A DNA stretch of 64,000 nucleotides from Octopus bimaculoides (lineage: Eukaryota), in contig NC_068985.1 in assembly GCF_001194135.2 (NCBI RefSeq), forward strand, positions 24,698,773-24,762,772. The letters run 5' to 3'. A program made the position numbers and the translations under genes. Positions within the stretch are counted from its first letter, which is position 1. Each line of letters opens with the position of its first letter. Of the stretch, positions 39,318 through 53,584 are shown piece after piece. The notes under the pieces were generated by a model. It was not told where the DNA came from. It worked only from the letters and a program-made list of their open reading frames with translations, and searched no databases.

Positions 39318-42300
39318 AAAAATGTGACCTTTAATTGACAACCTCTTTATATATAACACCCCAACAAACTTACTTTTTTGTCAGGATAAGACATACTTCC
39401 ACCAGCGGCAAATCCATTTGCAGGAGGCTGTTGAAATAACATGAAAAATTCTTTCAACTATTTGAAACACTGAACATATTTAGATCAATTTTATAATGTC
39501 TAGGGGATTATTTCAGACATATTTTTCTCTAAAAATTAGGAAAGAAGATATAACACCAAAACTGAATAGTTTACAGTATTTCATCTGACAACTCTGCATT
39601 TCCACATTTCTTGAAGTTTTTAAGTACAATGGTATTATTCCAAATATTTGCTGCGGATATACTTTTTCTTTAACCCTCTAGCATTTAGACCAGCCATAGC
39701 CTGCTAAAATATTCTACTTGCACTTTGTTGAAACTCACCAGATCCTGCCTCTCACATCTACCCTAAAATGTCATTCTAAAGCTACAACATCACATCATCA
39801 AAATCTCAAAGCTACAAGATCATACATTATTAATTCAAAACAATGTGAAAAGAGTAACCATTTGACAGGATAATCTACATGGCAAAGGGTTAAGACAGCT
39901 TATACTAGCATTATGGAACAGTTTATATAAGACGCAGTGGAATTTAAGATTATATCTTTCAGAGTGGCAATGATGGACCTAAGTTCATGTATGACCATGT
40001 GGTTATTAAGTTCACTCTGCAACACTGAGGTTTCAAGTTCAATCTTACTGCACAGTACCTTAAGTAAGTGTCTTCTACTATAGCCTCAGGTTCATTATAG
40101 TTTTCTAAAATAACCTTGCATGTGAAATTGGGAAAACAGAAGCTGTGTGGAAGTCATAGGTGGGACTACTCCTGTTCTTGAGCGGTAGATCAATTTCATC
40201 ACCCAATTACCACCGCATGTTTTTGTGTGCCCATGCTGGAGCCCATTCTACTATAAATATTGAGGAAAGGTCTCTAATCTGAGGATAATCTCTTTTTTTC
40301 CTCTCACCAGTTTCAGGAAATGCTCTATCTCCTTTTGCTAAGCCATTAAAAAGTATATAATAGTCAAATGCACAAATAAATACAGTTTATATAAAGAAAG
40401 GTAAATTAAGAAAATAGTTGTTTAGTGAAGATATGCATTATTTCTTCCTGGCACATGTATGGCTGCATGCTAAGAAGTTTGTTCTACAACCACATGGTTT
40501 CGGGTTCAGTCCCACTGCATGGTACCTCAGGCAAGTGTTTTCTACTATAGCCTTGGGCAGACCAATGCCTTGTGAGTTAATTTGGTAGATGGAAATTGTG
40601 TGGAAGCCTGTTGTGTGAATGTGTGTGTGTGCATATGCACATGTTTGTTTTCCAATGCTTGACAACCAGTGTTGGTTTGTTTACATCCCTGTAACATAGC
40701 AATTCAATAAAAGAGACTGATGGAATACGTACCAGACTTTCAAAAAAACACTAAATACTAGGGTCAATTTGTTTGAATAAATTGTTCAAGGCAGTATCCC
40801 AGTATGGCTGCAGTCCAATGACAGGGTCAAATAAAAGAAGAAAACCGAAACAACAACAACAACAAAATGAAAATATACTTTACCCTGTATTTATGTATTG
40901 CTTCAATCAACGTACTGCACCACAATATGTTATCATCTGAAACAAGAAATGAAACAAAAAAATGTTAACAGAGAAGATACTATCATAATCGTAAGAGAAG
41001 GATACTAAAACACAGGCAATAAAATAGCCATAGTTTCTGCTTTTTTAAGCTGCAATTTAGAGGAAATGTGTGTTTCCCCTAATGGCCACAATTATAAGGG
41101 AGATAAGCATTTCTATATAATATGTGGTGGGATCAGAAATTTGAATTTGAAATTAAGGAATTATAAGGAAATATTTTATAGACAAAAAAGTAAATTTCTA
41201 AAGCAATAAAGCTGCAGAAACAATGAAAGATTGCGTATTTACCCTTAAAAGACAAAAAAAGCTGCCAGCAACTTTATTCGATATTATAAAGAGTAAATAC
41301 CCAATCTTTCAGCTGTTTTCACAGCTTTATTGCATTCAAAATTTACTTTCTTGTCTGTGAAATACCAAACACATTTGATGCCTCCAAAGTTTGTTTATAA
41401 AATGTTGTCGTAAGGAAATAAATTCATAGAATTCACATTTAATTTTCTTTTCTTTTTCTACTGCAGCAGTATGCTTACATTAATTAAGAGATGTATCTGG
41501 TATACATATGGTGTTTCATAGCTATAGACAATCAAGTATACACAGTCATTAGCATAGGTGTTCAAGTGATTGGTTGATTATCATATTCTGGTGGGTGAAA
41601 GCACAGAGAACAATACAATCGTTTCTACTATTAAATAATTCTTTTCTGTTCGGCTGCCAAGGTCAATTTCTGTTCAAACTAATTTCATATTTAGCATAAT
41701 GATACTTTTATAGGCTAACCAATGCAATGAAAATCCTTTTCACTATAAATCAATAAATAACAAGTTAAAGACTATTAAAGTTTGAAAATTTGAGGTAATT
41801 TCGGCCAATCGTAAGCTGCAGACACATTCATGCCCGTTTCCAAAGTAACAAGCTGAACATGAGAACTCTTTCGTCTGCAAGAAAGCACGTGCAGACTAAT
41901 ATATTGAAACCACTTGCTGATGCTGTGTTCTACTGTTTAAGGTTAAAGAATTGACTTCAGTCCAGTTTTGTGTTGAAGAACTGGAGATGAACCATTGCAC
42001 AGCTGTTGATAATAACAGCTATGTTAAGGAGTTATATACGGAGGACCTGCTCCATCATCCAATTAAAGTTGGTGGTACTGAAAAGATTGTTGTGATTGAT
42101 GAAACAGTCTTCTCAAAATGTAAGTAAAACCAAGGAAGGGCCCTATCTGAGTAGTGGGTGTTTGGAGGAGTGTGTCGCAAGACCAGACAGGTTTTTCTTT
42201 ATGCAGTGCCATATCGGAATCGTGACACACTGAAAGAATGCATACATCACTTGATTCTTCCCAGAACCACAATTTTCAGATATTTGTAGAGGGCGTACTC

Positions 42301-45300
42301 TCACATTCCTGAAATTGATGGTTACAATTTTGAGCATAGAATGGTGAACCACAGCATTGGGTTTGTTAACTCAAAAGATGGTACCCACACTCGACAAGTG
42401 GAGAGTATGTGGGCCTCTGTAAAGTGAAGTAGTAAACGATGCCGTGGCACTTACCGTTCTATGGTACATTCATATCTCTGTGGATTTATGTGGTGCAGGA
42501 GATATGAAAATTGTGAATTGTTAGAGAAATTGCTTGAATGCATTTCTAACTTTCATTTTCAATGAACTGGTCAACAAAATGTTTGTTTTTAAAAATATTT
42601 AATTTGTAATGTGCTATTTTGTTTTTAGATAAATCTTTTAAGTTCATGCCATAAGAGATATTTAATTTGTAAGGTGCTATTTATAGAATTAAATGTATAT
42701 TGAATGCTTAAATGTTTGTTTTTTTAAAACTATTTAATCTGTAATGTGCTGTTTATAGAATTAAATGCATACTGAATGCTTAAATGTTTGTTTTTTAAAA
42801 CTATCTAATTTATAATGTGCTGTTTATCGCATTAAATGCATACTAAATGCTTAAAACTACAAAAGATATGTTGTTTACTCGTCTTCCATATGTAGAATAC
42901 AAATATCAACAACACCTGTTATTTTCAGGATGTTGACGAAATCTGCAGTCACACACAAAATGACAGCTTCCAAATCCTGTTTCCTGATTGGATCAAATGA
43001 TCAAACTTTAAACTTCTATAACTTTTTTTTAAAAAAATTTCTGGAAAAAATGAAATAACTCCAGCAATTCAGCTTGGAAAACTACATTAATGTACCATTT
43101 TTGATAAACTTTAATTTTCGAAATCTTGGCAGCCAAACAGAAAAGATCCATTCTTTCTAATATATAGCAAAATTTAACTAACAAATAGCTAATCTACATC
43201 CCACAGGACCTGCACAAACTTATTACCCATAAACATCTTCAAATTTTCAACTAACGATATCATTATGTTTGCAAACAATATAATAACCCCTCTTCCAATC
43301 TTTGACTGAACTGAACATTGCTTCTGTGTCTTTGTCTTATGATAGAAAGACTTCGACAATTCCTGAAACATATTGCATGTAAAACTAACCTCCTTTTAGA
43401 ATTACTACTAATACAACTACAACCGGTGATGATGATAAGATCAGGGAGTAATCCAATGAGATTTAAAATGGAAGAAAATGACAGCATGTTATAATAATTA
43501 TAAAAGTAGAAAAAGTTTGAAGCAGAGAAGGAATGTTTAGTTTTTAGAATAAACACATCTTCTGCACAGATGTTTCAGTTTGATAAAATACATTTATGAA
43601 AGCTTTCTTGCTACAATTGATCCAGCCTCAAACTTGAGATGCTGACGCTTTTTTTTTTTTTTTAATGTTATCTATTCTGTACAATAAACACATTTTATCA
43701 TTGCTATCATTATCAAATTCCTCGTTTTCTTAATGTCCGCTTTTCCATGCTTGTATGGGTCAGGCAGAATTTCTAGAGGCAGATGCCTTTCCTATAGCCA
43801 ACCCTCACCTGTTCCCAAGCAAACTAATATTTCTTCATGGCCAGACATGTCTTTCATGGAAGACTGGAAACAAACAATGATGGTGGTACCTGTTTACAAC
43901 CATCACAAGATGTCAGATATGGGAGAAAACATATATATACAAACATACAAGTACACACAAACACACACACAACACGGCAGGCGTATTTCAGTTTGTGTCT
44001 CTGAAATCCACTTACAAAGCTTTGGTCAGCCTGGGTTAGAGGTGAAGACACTTGCCCAAGGAGCCACACAGTAGGACTGAACCTGAATCTGCATGGTTGG
44101 GAAGCAAGCTTCTAAACCACATAGCCATGCCTCTGCCTACATGTTACAAAACATTTATACAGAGGTCGCCTCCTCTTATTATTTTAAGAGGTTTTATGCT
44201 AGAGCTTCATTTCATGAGGAAATTTCCAATAACTAGCTACTATAAACTTTTGTTTATTTCTTATCTTATACTTGTTTCAGTCATTAAACTGCAGCCATAC
44301 TGGGGCACCACTTTGAAGAATTTTTAGTTGAATGAATCAACTCCAGGACTTATTTTTTAAGGCAGGTACTTATTTTATTGGTTGTCTTTTACAGGAGACA
44401 TAAACACAGGAGTGGTTGTGTGGTAAGTAGCTTGCTTACCAACCACATGGTTCCGGGTTCAGTCCCACTGCGTGGCATCTTGGGCAAGTGTCTTCTACTA
44501 TAGCCTCAGACCAACCAAAGCCTTGTGAGTGGATTTGGTAAATGGAAACTGAAAGAAGCCCGTCGTATATATGTATATATATATATATATCTGTGTGCCA
44601 TGCATTGGGACTGAACCCAGAACCATGTGGTTGGTAAGCAAGCTCCTTACCACACAGCCACTCCTATATGATAGCTTGCACAACTTTGCTTTGCTTTCTT
44701 CTATGTAGAAACATTAACAAAATGAACTTCTTGTGACTCTACTGAATGAACGGCGAAGAAAAGAAAAGAAGAATTTTGTATAAGCTGTAATAGAGAACAC
44801 TTTTGTGAAGTTTCTACTTGATGACTGGCAACCATTTTGTGTACAGCACAACTAATTCTAATGAAATAATCACAGATGTAGCATTACTGTTTTAATTAAT
44901 GCTGATAAAATACTGATTACAAGGAAGTTTAAAATACAAAAAAAAATTGGGTCAACATAATCTGGCAAGATATATCTTAGTCCCTAGACTTCAGCTGACA
45001 TAAAACCAAATTTTTTGAACTCTCAGTTAACTGCTTCTATTTTTTTTTTTTTTTTTTTTTCATCTCTTCACACCAGCACGTTTAAGCAAACATGAACAAT
45101 TTATTTGAACTAAACAGGATATTTGCATCATATTCAATAGAATATAATCACTATAATAGAATAAATTAGTAGGATGTGTTTATATAAAGGACCATCACAG
45201 TAAAATAATAATTTTTTTTTTTTAAATAGTAACAATAATATTAATTAGGAATGTTGGTTTGCTATGAGGAGAAGAGATGTTTCAGGTTTCAGAGATAGAG

Positions 45301-46244
45301 AGAGAGCTGGGGCTCACATCAGAAACATTGATTAAACAATGATGGTTGCTAGTCTGGAACATCAGATACTGCCTATCTTTATGCTTTAAACTAACAACAT
45401 ATCACATTGAATATCTAAATGACTATGGTGAGTTGCTGCTAACAAGGTGATAGTTTACCAGATTAATCTTTAGAGATGAAAGATATAAATATATATATAT
45501 ATTTCACCTACATCAAGATGAAATAGATTTTCAGATTAGTAATCTTAACTTTAGAGAAGAAAGAGACACACACACACACACACACACATATAGTTAAAAT
45601 ATGTTTGCAACACATTTCAACTTCTAAAGGCAAACTCAGTGCAGTTACTGTAGAGAAAAAAATTCTTTCTAATAATAAGATGTAAAAACAATACATTTGT
45701 CAAGTGCTGCCCTGTCGAATTCCCAAATGTGTTTCTAGCTCTTTAGCCATTATTGATGGGAAATCCTGAAGAGAGGCAATTCTGGACAGACTTAATTAAA
45801 GCCATAACTTTAACCAAAAACACAGTCAAAAACATTCACCAAGTTGCACCATTAGACAACCAGGTCAGGAAAAATTACAGCAGTTTCAGCACCAAGCAGT
45901 GTCATGGGATAAACTAAACTTTAGGTTAGTTAGAATATGTTTGTGACACAGTAACTGCAGTTTAAATATATCACAAACATCTTTTAACTAATCTAAAGTT
46001 CGCTTATGCCTAAATACTGGTTGGCACTGATGCTGCAGTACTACACACAGACACACACACACACATATCGCTGACCACTACATTTATATTTTGTTTCTCT
46101 CCTTGTTTCTTTCTGTGTTCCTTTCTGTAGAAGAGCGTAGGCTCAAAACGTTAAAGACTTTCTCTATTCCTGAGCATTATATTAATACATCCATTTGTTG
46201 TTTACACCACCTGATTTCGTCTGTTGTTTTTTTCGTAAATTCTC

Positions 46245-46289
<45 letters not shown>

Positions 46290-47621
46290 CATCACCATTT
46301 AACATCTGCTTTCCATGCTGATTATATTATATTACATTATATATTTCTGTCTACGACATATTTCAATAGATTTTCTGATTAGTAATCACATCTCTGGAGA
46401 TAAAAGATTTATGTATATAATCACCATTTAAAAAAAAGTTTTTCATCATCATTTTAACATTTACTTTTCTATGTTTGTGTGAGTCAAGTGAGAGTGTGTT
46501 GGCGCAGAATTTTCTATGGATGGGTGCCCTTCCTGTCACCAACCCTCACTGGTTTGCAAGTTAATAATCCCTTAGTTAATCAAAAAATGCAGCCCGGATA
46601 TAGGAACAATCCTCTTTTGCCAACTAAGACTGCATGACATGAAGCCTGGATGTTCTTTCATGATTCACTATAAGGATATGACATTGCCTGTATTTGATAA
46701 CAAGGCTATTTTTTTTTTACAGAAACCAAAGTCCAGATAAAGAGTAACCAAATGAAAATATGCACAGACATATGCACACATGTGCGCACACACACACAGA
46801 CACGAATAAATATATATATATATATGCTTTCCACAATAAACAGACATTTAAATTGCTCCAAGAAAGTTATAGCATATTGCACAAGCACTCAGCTCAGTCA
46901 AATGACTTAAAACACCAACAGCTAATGAATGCAACTTCATAACTCCCATTCTTTTGTCATTCACAAAATTTATATACATACATATGTCTAAGTGTGTATG
47001 TATATGTGTTTATGTACACATATTCTCACACACACACACACACAAAGAAGAGCACACATTCACTCTATGCATGCGATTCAATTCGGAAGGTTTGTGAGGA
47101 ACCCATTGACCCAATTTGCCAACTTTTCCAATGGCACGCAGGTATTGATGAATGGTTGAATGACCAAATCCAAGCTTCTCTGCTAGTTCCTCAATAGTTC
47201 ACGATGGGATTTTGTTCCACCAGGGTTTGGAGGACAACCTCATTGAGCTCTACAGATCTTCCAGGACAAGGCTGGTCTCCTTGGCTGTAGTTTCCGGCTC
47301 AGAATTTCTGGAACTACTGTCAACACTGGCTTATGCTTATTGTCTGATCCCCATATACTGCATTAATATTCCTCACATTTTCCATTGCATTGTTGCTTTA
47401 TTGAACTCATAAAGCAAAATACACAGAATATGCTCGTCACTTCCATTATAGCTTTGAAAAAATAACTGTCAAAATCGAACTGCACTCTTCAAAACTTACA
47501 CTATGAATAAGTCCAAGGTAAAATTACTACCTGCTTTCATAGCAAGTTGATGCAGGTTATTTATGTCATCCCCCTCTGACTTTTAGTTCATACAATTGAA
47601 AAAAAAACATTATTTATGTGT

Positions 47622-47669
<48 letters not shown>

Positions 47670-50600
47670 TGTAAAGAAAAAGGAATTTGAGATCCTGACA
47701 GGTACCTTATTAACACTCTGATATAATCCAAATCTATCTAATTACTCACAGTGACAGGGAAGATTCAGAGTAGTTTAAGATAAACAACTAAACAATACTT
47801 CACTCAAAAGGCAAATTCTAAGATCACTTCATTGGATTTCATACAGCATACAGAGTGTATAAGAAGAATGGAGAATTATAAATAATTAAATTTTATTCAT
47901 TAAAGTATCATTCTCATCAGGAGAATACTTTAATAAATACATTTTAAAGATGTATAATTCTCCATTCTTCTTTACCATGTCTTGTATATATATAAACCTC
48001 ATCATCATGATTTAATGTCCGCTCTCCATACTGGCATGGGTTGGACAGTTTCACAGGAACTGAGCAACTGGAGAATTTGCTCTGTTCCATCTGTCTGTTT
48101 TAGCATGGTTTCTATGGTGGGATGCCCTTTGAAATGAAAAAATCAACACCAGTACTTGAAAAAAAATGAGTACTGGGGTTGATTTGTTTGACTAAAATCC
48201 TTCAAGGCAGTGCCCCACCATGACCACAGTCCAATGACAGAAACATCATCATCATCGTCGTTTAACGTCTGCTTTCCACGCTGGCATGGGTCGGACGGTT
48301 TCACTGAGGACTGGTGAGCCAGAAGGCTACACCAGGTTCCAATCTGATCTGGCAAAGTTTCTACAGCAGGTTGCCCTTCCTAATGCCAACCACTCCAAGA
48401 GCGTAGTGAGTGCTTTTTCGTGCCACCAACATGAGGGTCTAGTTAGGCGGTACTGGCAACAACCACACTCAAAAGATGTCTTTTACGTGCCAACTGCACG
48501 GGCGCCAGTCCAGCGGCACTGGTAATGACCACACTCGAATGTTGTTTTTCATATGCCAGTAAGTTGACACTGGCAACAATCATGCTTGAATGGTGCTTTT
48601 TACGTGCCACCAGCATGGGAGTCAGTCAGCGGCCCTGGCAACGAACACGCTCGGATGGTGCTTTTAACGTTCCACTGGCACGAGTGCCAATCAGGCGGTA
48701 CTGTAATTGGCCACGTCAGCAATTTTGATTTCACTTGCCTCAACAGGTCTTCGCAAGCAAAGTTTATTGTCCAATGAATGAAGGGTACTCATAAGTGGGC
48801 TGGTTACACACCACTGGTATAGGCCGCAGGTTATAGTCTCACTTGGCTTGTCGGGTCTTCTCAAGCACAGCATATCTCCAAAGGTCTCGATCACTAGTCA
48901 TTGCCTTGGTGAGGCCCAATGTTCGAAGGTCATACTTCACCACTTCATCCCAGGTCTTCCTGGATCTACCTCTTCCACAGGTACCCTCAACCACTAGGCT
49001 GTGGCACTTTTTCACACAGCTATCCTCATCCATTCTTGCCAAATGTCCATACTAGCGCAGTCGTCTCTCTTGCACACCACATCTGATGCTTCTTAAGTTC
49101 AACTTTCCTCTCAGGGCGCTTACACTCTGTCGTGTATGCATACTGACATTACATATCCAGCGGAGCATACTGGCTTCATTCCTTGCAAGCTTACGCATGT
49201 CCTCAGCAGTCACGGCCCATGTTTCACTGTCATGTAGCATAGCTGTTCATACACATGCGTTATACAGTCTACCTTTTACTCTGAGCGAGAGGCCCTTTGT
49301 CACCAGCAGAGGTAGGAGCTCTCTGAACTTTGCCCAGGCTATTCTTATTCTAGCAGCTATTCTTTCAGAGCATCCACCCCTGCTACTGACTTGGTCACCT
49401 AGGTAACGGAAGCTACCAACTACTTGTAGTTTTTCTCCCTGGAATGTGGCAGAAGTTGTTTTCTGCACATTTTCAATGTTTATTGCTCCTGTGCATTTGC
49501 CGCATACAAAACCTATCTTACCAGTTAGCTTGGGAAGGTGTCTTATTTTTTGGCATTTCCCTATTCAATACAGTTCAGACACATCCAAATACTTTGTCTT
49601 CATTTAAAAGTGTAAATGGAATTATGCTGGAGTCTTTCCTTGTTACCAACTCTAGATATATATAGGAAATTTTACACTCAACATTAAAAACTAATATACC
49701 TATCCTCATTCATTATGGAGGTTTGGGGGTTTAGTTAAAACAAAAAACTATGTTAAATCAATTAATAATAAACAAATAGAACGTATGTGAAAAATAAGTT
49801 TTATCCCAAGACTCCAAATTGTCCTGAGCATTGAGGATGGTCACTGGCAGACACATTTTCAGTTCAAGCAGGATTTTTAAATGGTTGTTGATTCATTTAT
49901 GACAACTGTAAACCAGTTCACAATTAGCATACCATGTTATCTTAGATCAGTACTGAATAAGCCAGTGATAAACAAGGACAGATGTATAACAATCATCATA
50001 TAGCTTAGCTATTACTACATCTACTACCACAACACTTCAAATCAACTTATTTCACTTTTGAATTTCTAGTTACAAGTGCTTTGTATATGTTGTACCAGAT
50101 GTAGTTCACGATATTCAAGTGAACACTGAAAAGCAAACTTCCTCACCACTCTGCTATTGCTGGTGGTGGTGGTGGTGGGGAGGAGGGGGTGATCAAGATG
50201 ATGATGGTGGTAATATGAGAATATGATGATGATAATGATGCTTCCCCTCTGCCCACAAAGTCCAAAGCATCACAACTATTAAGAATCTCATATCAATAAA
50301 ATCATTTCAACATTAAATTACTTGAGTCCCTGTGATTTAAAAGGGTAAAACATAAGTAGCGAAATATTGCTAATTTAGCCAAAATTAACAGCAAAATTTC
50401 CAAATAAGCTTATTATGGAATGAAAGCTTACATAATGAAAAGATAGGAGGAAACAAACAAAAAACTAACTAAAAATTAAAGCTCTTACTGTGCACATTTG
50501 TTGTTTTACTAAAACTCAAATAAAAGGGATATATAGCAACATCATCGTTGTTGTCTAAGACACCTAATTTTTATGTTTTGAATTTTTTTTTTTTTTTTTT

Positions 50601-53509
50601 TTTTTTGTAGTAGGGAATTCAAACAGGGATGAAACTATCCATAACTGGTGTCATATATAAACTATACAAAACTGAAATAAATTTGTTTATCTGAGCATGC
50701 AAAGCTTTCCACAGCTGGATAGACAATATAAGAGATTTTATCATTTCAAATATAATAATAATAATAATAGAGATACAAGGGACATGTTATAATGAGGAGT
50801 GAAAACTGATAAAAACCCAGTAGTATATCTACAATGAGTACGTCCTTCTCTTATGCAAAAGATTTCAAATACAACTTTTAATATTAATTGAATGTTATTG
50901 AATCTTTCGATATTAACATATATGAATATTTTGCAACTTGACAACATTTACTCAAAATAGCAGACAATGAGATAGGCAAAACCAAGTCAAGTAATTCATT
51001 CATATTGAATCTCAACATTTATTTTTTTACAGGAGTGATAAGATTGTTTGGAACAGAGATTTAAGTGTCAGTGCTCTTATCATGAAATAAAACACTGCAA
51101 TTTGACATACACAAACACACAAAAGCTAGTCTATAGATAGAACATTGCACCTGTAATCATCATCATCATCATCATTATCGTTTAACGTCCGCTTTCCATG
51201 CTAACATGGGTTGGACGATTTGACTGAGGACTGGTGAAACCGGATGGCAACACCAGGCTCCAATCTAAATTTGGCAGAGTTTCTACAGCTGGATGCCCTT
51301 CCTAACGCCAACCACTCAGAGAGTGTAGTAGGTGCTTTTACGTGTCACCTGCACGATTTACGCGTCACCTGTAATGGGTATATGAAATAGCAAGCATCTT
51401 GCTGGTAGTCTAAACAACTCTTCAATCATGACTCCTAGTAAAACTAGTAATATGCCTAGTTAAAAGGTTGCAGTAAAGTACTAATGACAAAACTTTAGTG
51501 TATAACTTGTAGGTAAGTTTTCTAGTATCTTGATCCCTCAGATAAAAACTTGTTTTAAATGTAAATTAATGCAAATAAAAAAAACTGCATAAAATAAAAG
51601 CGATGTATTACCCAGAGTGTCAGCATAAAACAAGAAATTGCGATATTTGGTTTTCAAAATGAACTTGTATTGTGTTTCCTGCAATGATAGAAAAAAAGGA
51701 GAGAAATCATTGGTTAATTCAAATGTATGTAATCTTTAACCTTTATTTACTAAATTTACTAATTAAGAGTAGTGAAATCCCATCTGATACTGTATACGCA
51801 TCAACACCAGATGACAATAGGGATCAAACCAAATAGAATGCACTAAAGATGGAAAAACTATTTCAAAAATGTTTTCTCTTTAGGGATGAGATTAATCAAA
51901 AAAATTTTAGCGTGGCTGAGTGGTAACAAATCTTGCATTTCAACTACATGGTTCCAGGTTCAGTCCTACTGCATAGCGCCTTGAGTATGTGTTTTCTATT
52001 ATAGCCCTGAGCCAACCAAAGCCTTGTCAATGCATGTAGTAGAGGGAAACTGAAAGAAGCCTGTCATGTATACATATATACATTATTAGAAGATGGGTCC
52101 AGTGTAATCCGTGGGTAGGAGAGGTGCAGCCGGAGGGTGTAGAGTTCAGAATAAAACAGTCCAGAAAGAATAAATCCAGAATGAAAGAAGGTAGAATCCA
52201 GAAGTCTGTGTTTGATGAGTGGAGACAGGATTAGCTGGTGCAATCACGTGAGCGTGTATTATATGTGGGAGAATGTACGAAAAAAAACAACACCACCTGT
52301 CCTCGTCTGTTGTTGTTTTTTTTTTGTACATTCTCCCATATATACATTATTAAATTATTTAAATCACTCTATAGCAAATCAATCTATCAAATCCTTATAT
52401 AATAATCATATTATAACAAAAGACTAATTTTCTATTAAAACATGAACATCACAAATATAATACAAACAACTAATTTAGTAATATAAACTCAATGCAAGCT
52501 CTTATATTACAAATTGATATACATCTATACAAGTTTAGAATACATTCAATCTATGTAATTCATATGTCTGTACTCAAAACAGCTGTAAATATATATAATA
52601 ATTAAACATTTATTTTTCTTATATTACATACTTGTTTAATATTATTCGATATTAATAATTACAATGCTGTAATGACAGCCACACACATTGCTATATTCGA
52701 TGGAGTGTAGTGGAAAAGTGTCAGTGACAAAAATTGTCAAAATTCCACAAAATATTATCATCATCATGTATTATCCACAGTATTATCATCATGAAATACA
52801 GCTAGATTTAATATAACTAAATATATATAGGCATAGCTCCCCAAGTACGTGATTTTTGGAGTTAGTCACACAGTGCAGAAGAAGACATTTAAGCAAGTAT
52901 CTTCTATTACAGCTTCAAGGCAAGTATGTGTGTGTGTACGTGTGTGTGTACGTGCGTGCATATATATATATATATATATATATATCTTTCCTTCTTTTAC
53001 TTGTTTCAGTCATTTGACTGCAGTCATGCTGGAGCACCACCACGAAGAGTTTTAATCAAACAAATCAATCACAGGACTTATTTCTATAAAGCCCAATACT
53101 TATTCTATCAGTCTCTTTTGTTGAGCCACTAAGTTACAGGGACATACACACACCAACACTGGTCACCAAGCAGTGATGGGGGTAAAACACAGACACAATG
53201 ACACACACACGCACACACACCACACACACATGCATTCTTTCAGTTTCTGTCAAGCAAATCCACTCACAAGGCTTTGGTCAGCCAGGGGCTATAGTAGAAG
53301 ATATTTGCCCAAGGTGCCACACAGTGGGACTGAACCCAGAACAGTGTGATCAGGAAGCAAGCTTCTTACTACACAGCCACACCTGATATATAATAACCAT
53401 GTGTGTATATAAACAAACTTACTTTTGTTTTTTAGAAGCATCAAATGTGTATCGTATGATACAGACAAGAAAGTGATATTTCAAATGCAGAATCATTGTT
53501 TTAAAACAG

Positions 53510-53584
<75 letters not shown>

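Noticed and set aside
46125-46160. Hammerhead-like GAAGAGC-GTAG-GCTC-AAAAC
   Set aside because: Both conserved boxes deviate (no CUGA, no GAAA) and no stem I could be built.
50040-50127. Acceptor-like ttttcag as a candidate exon after exon 5
   Set aside because: Immediate stop in the required phase; the true next exon is at 40884-40936.
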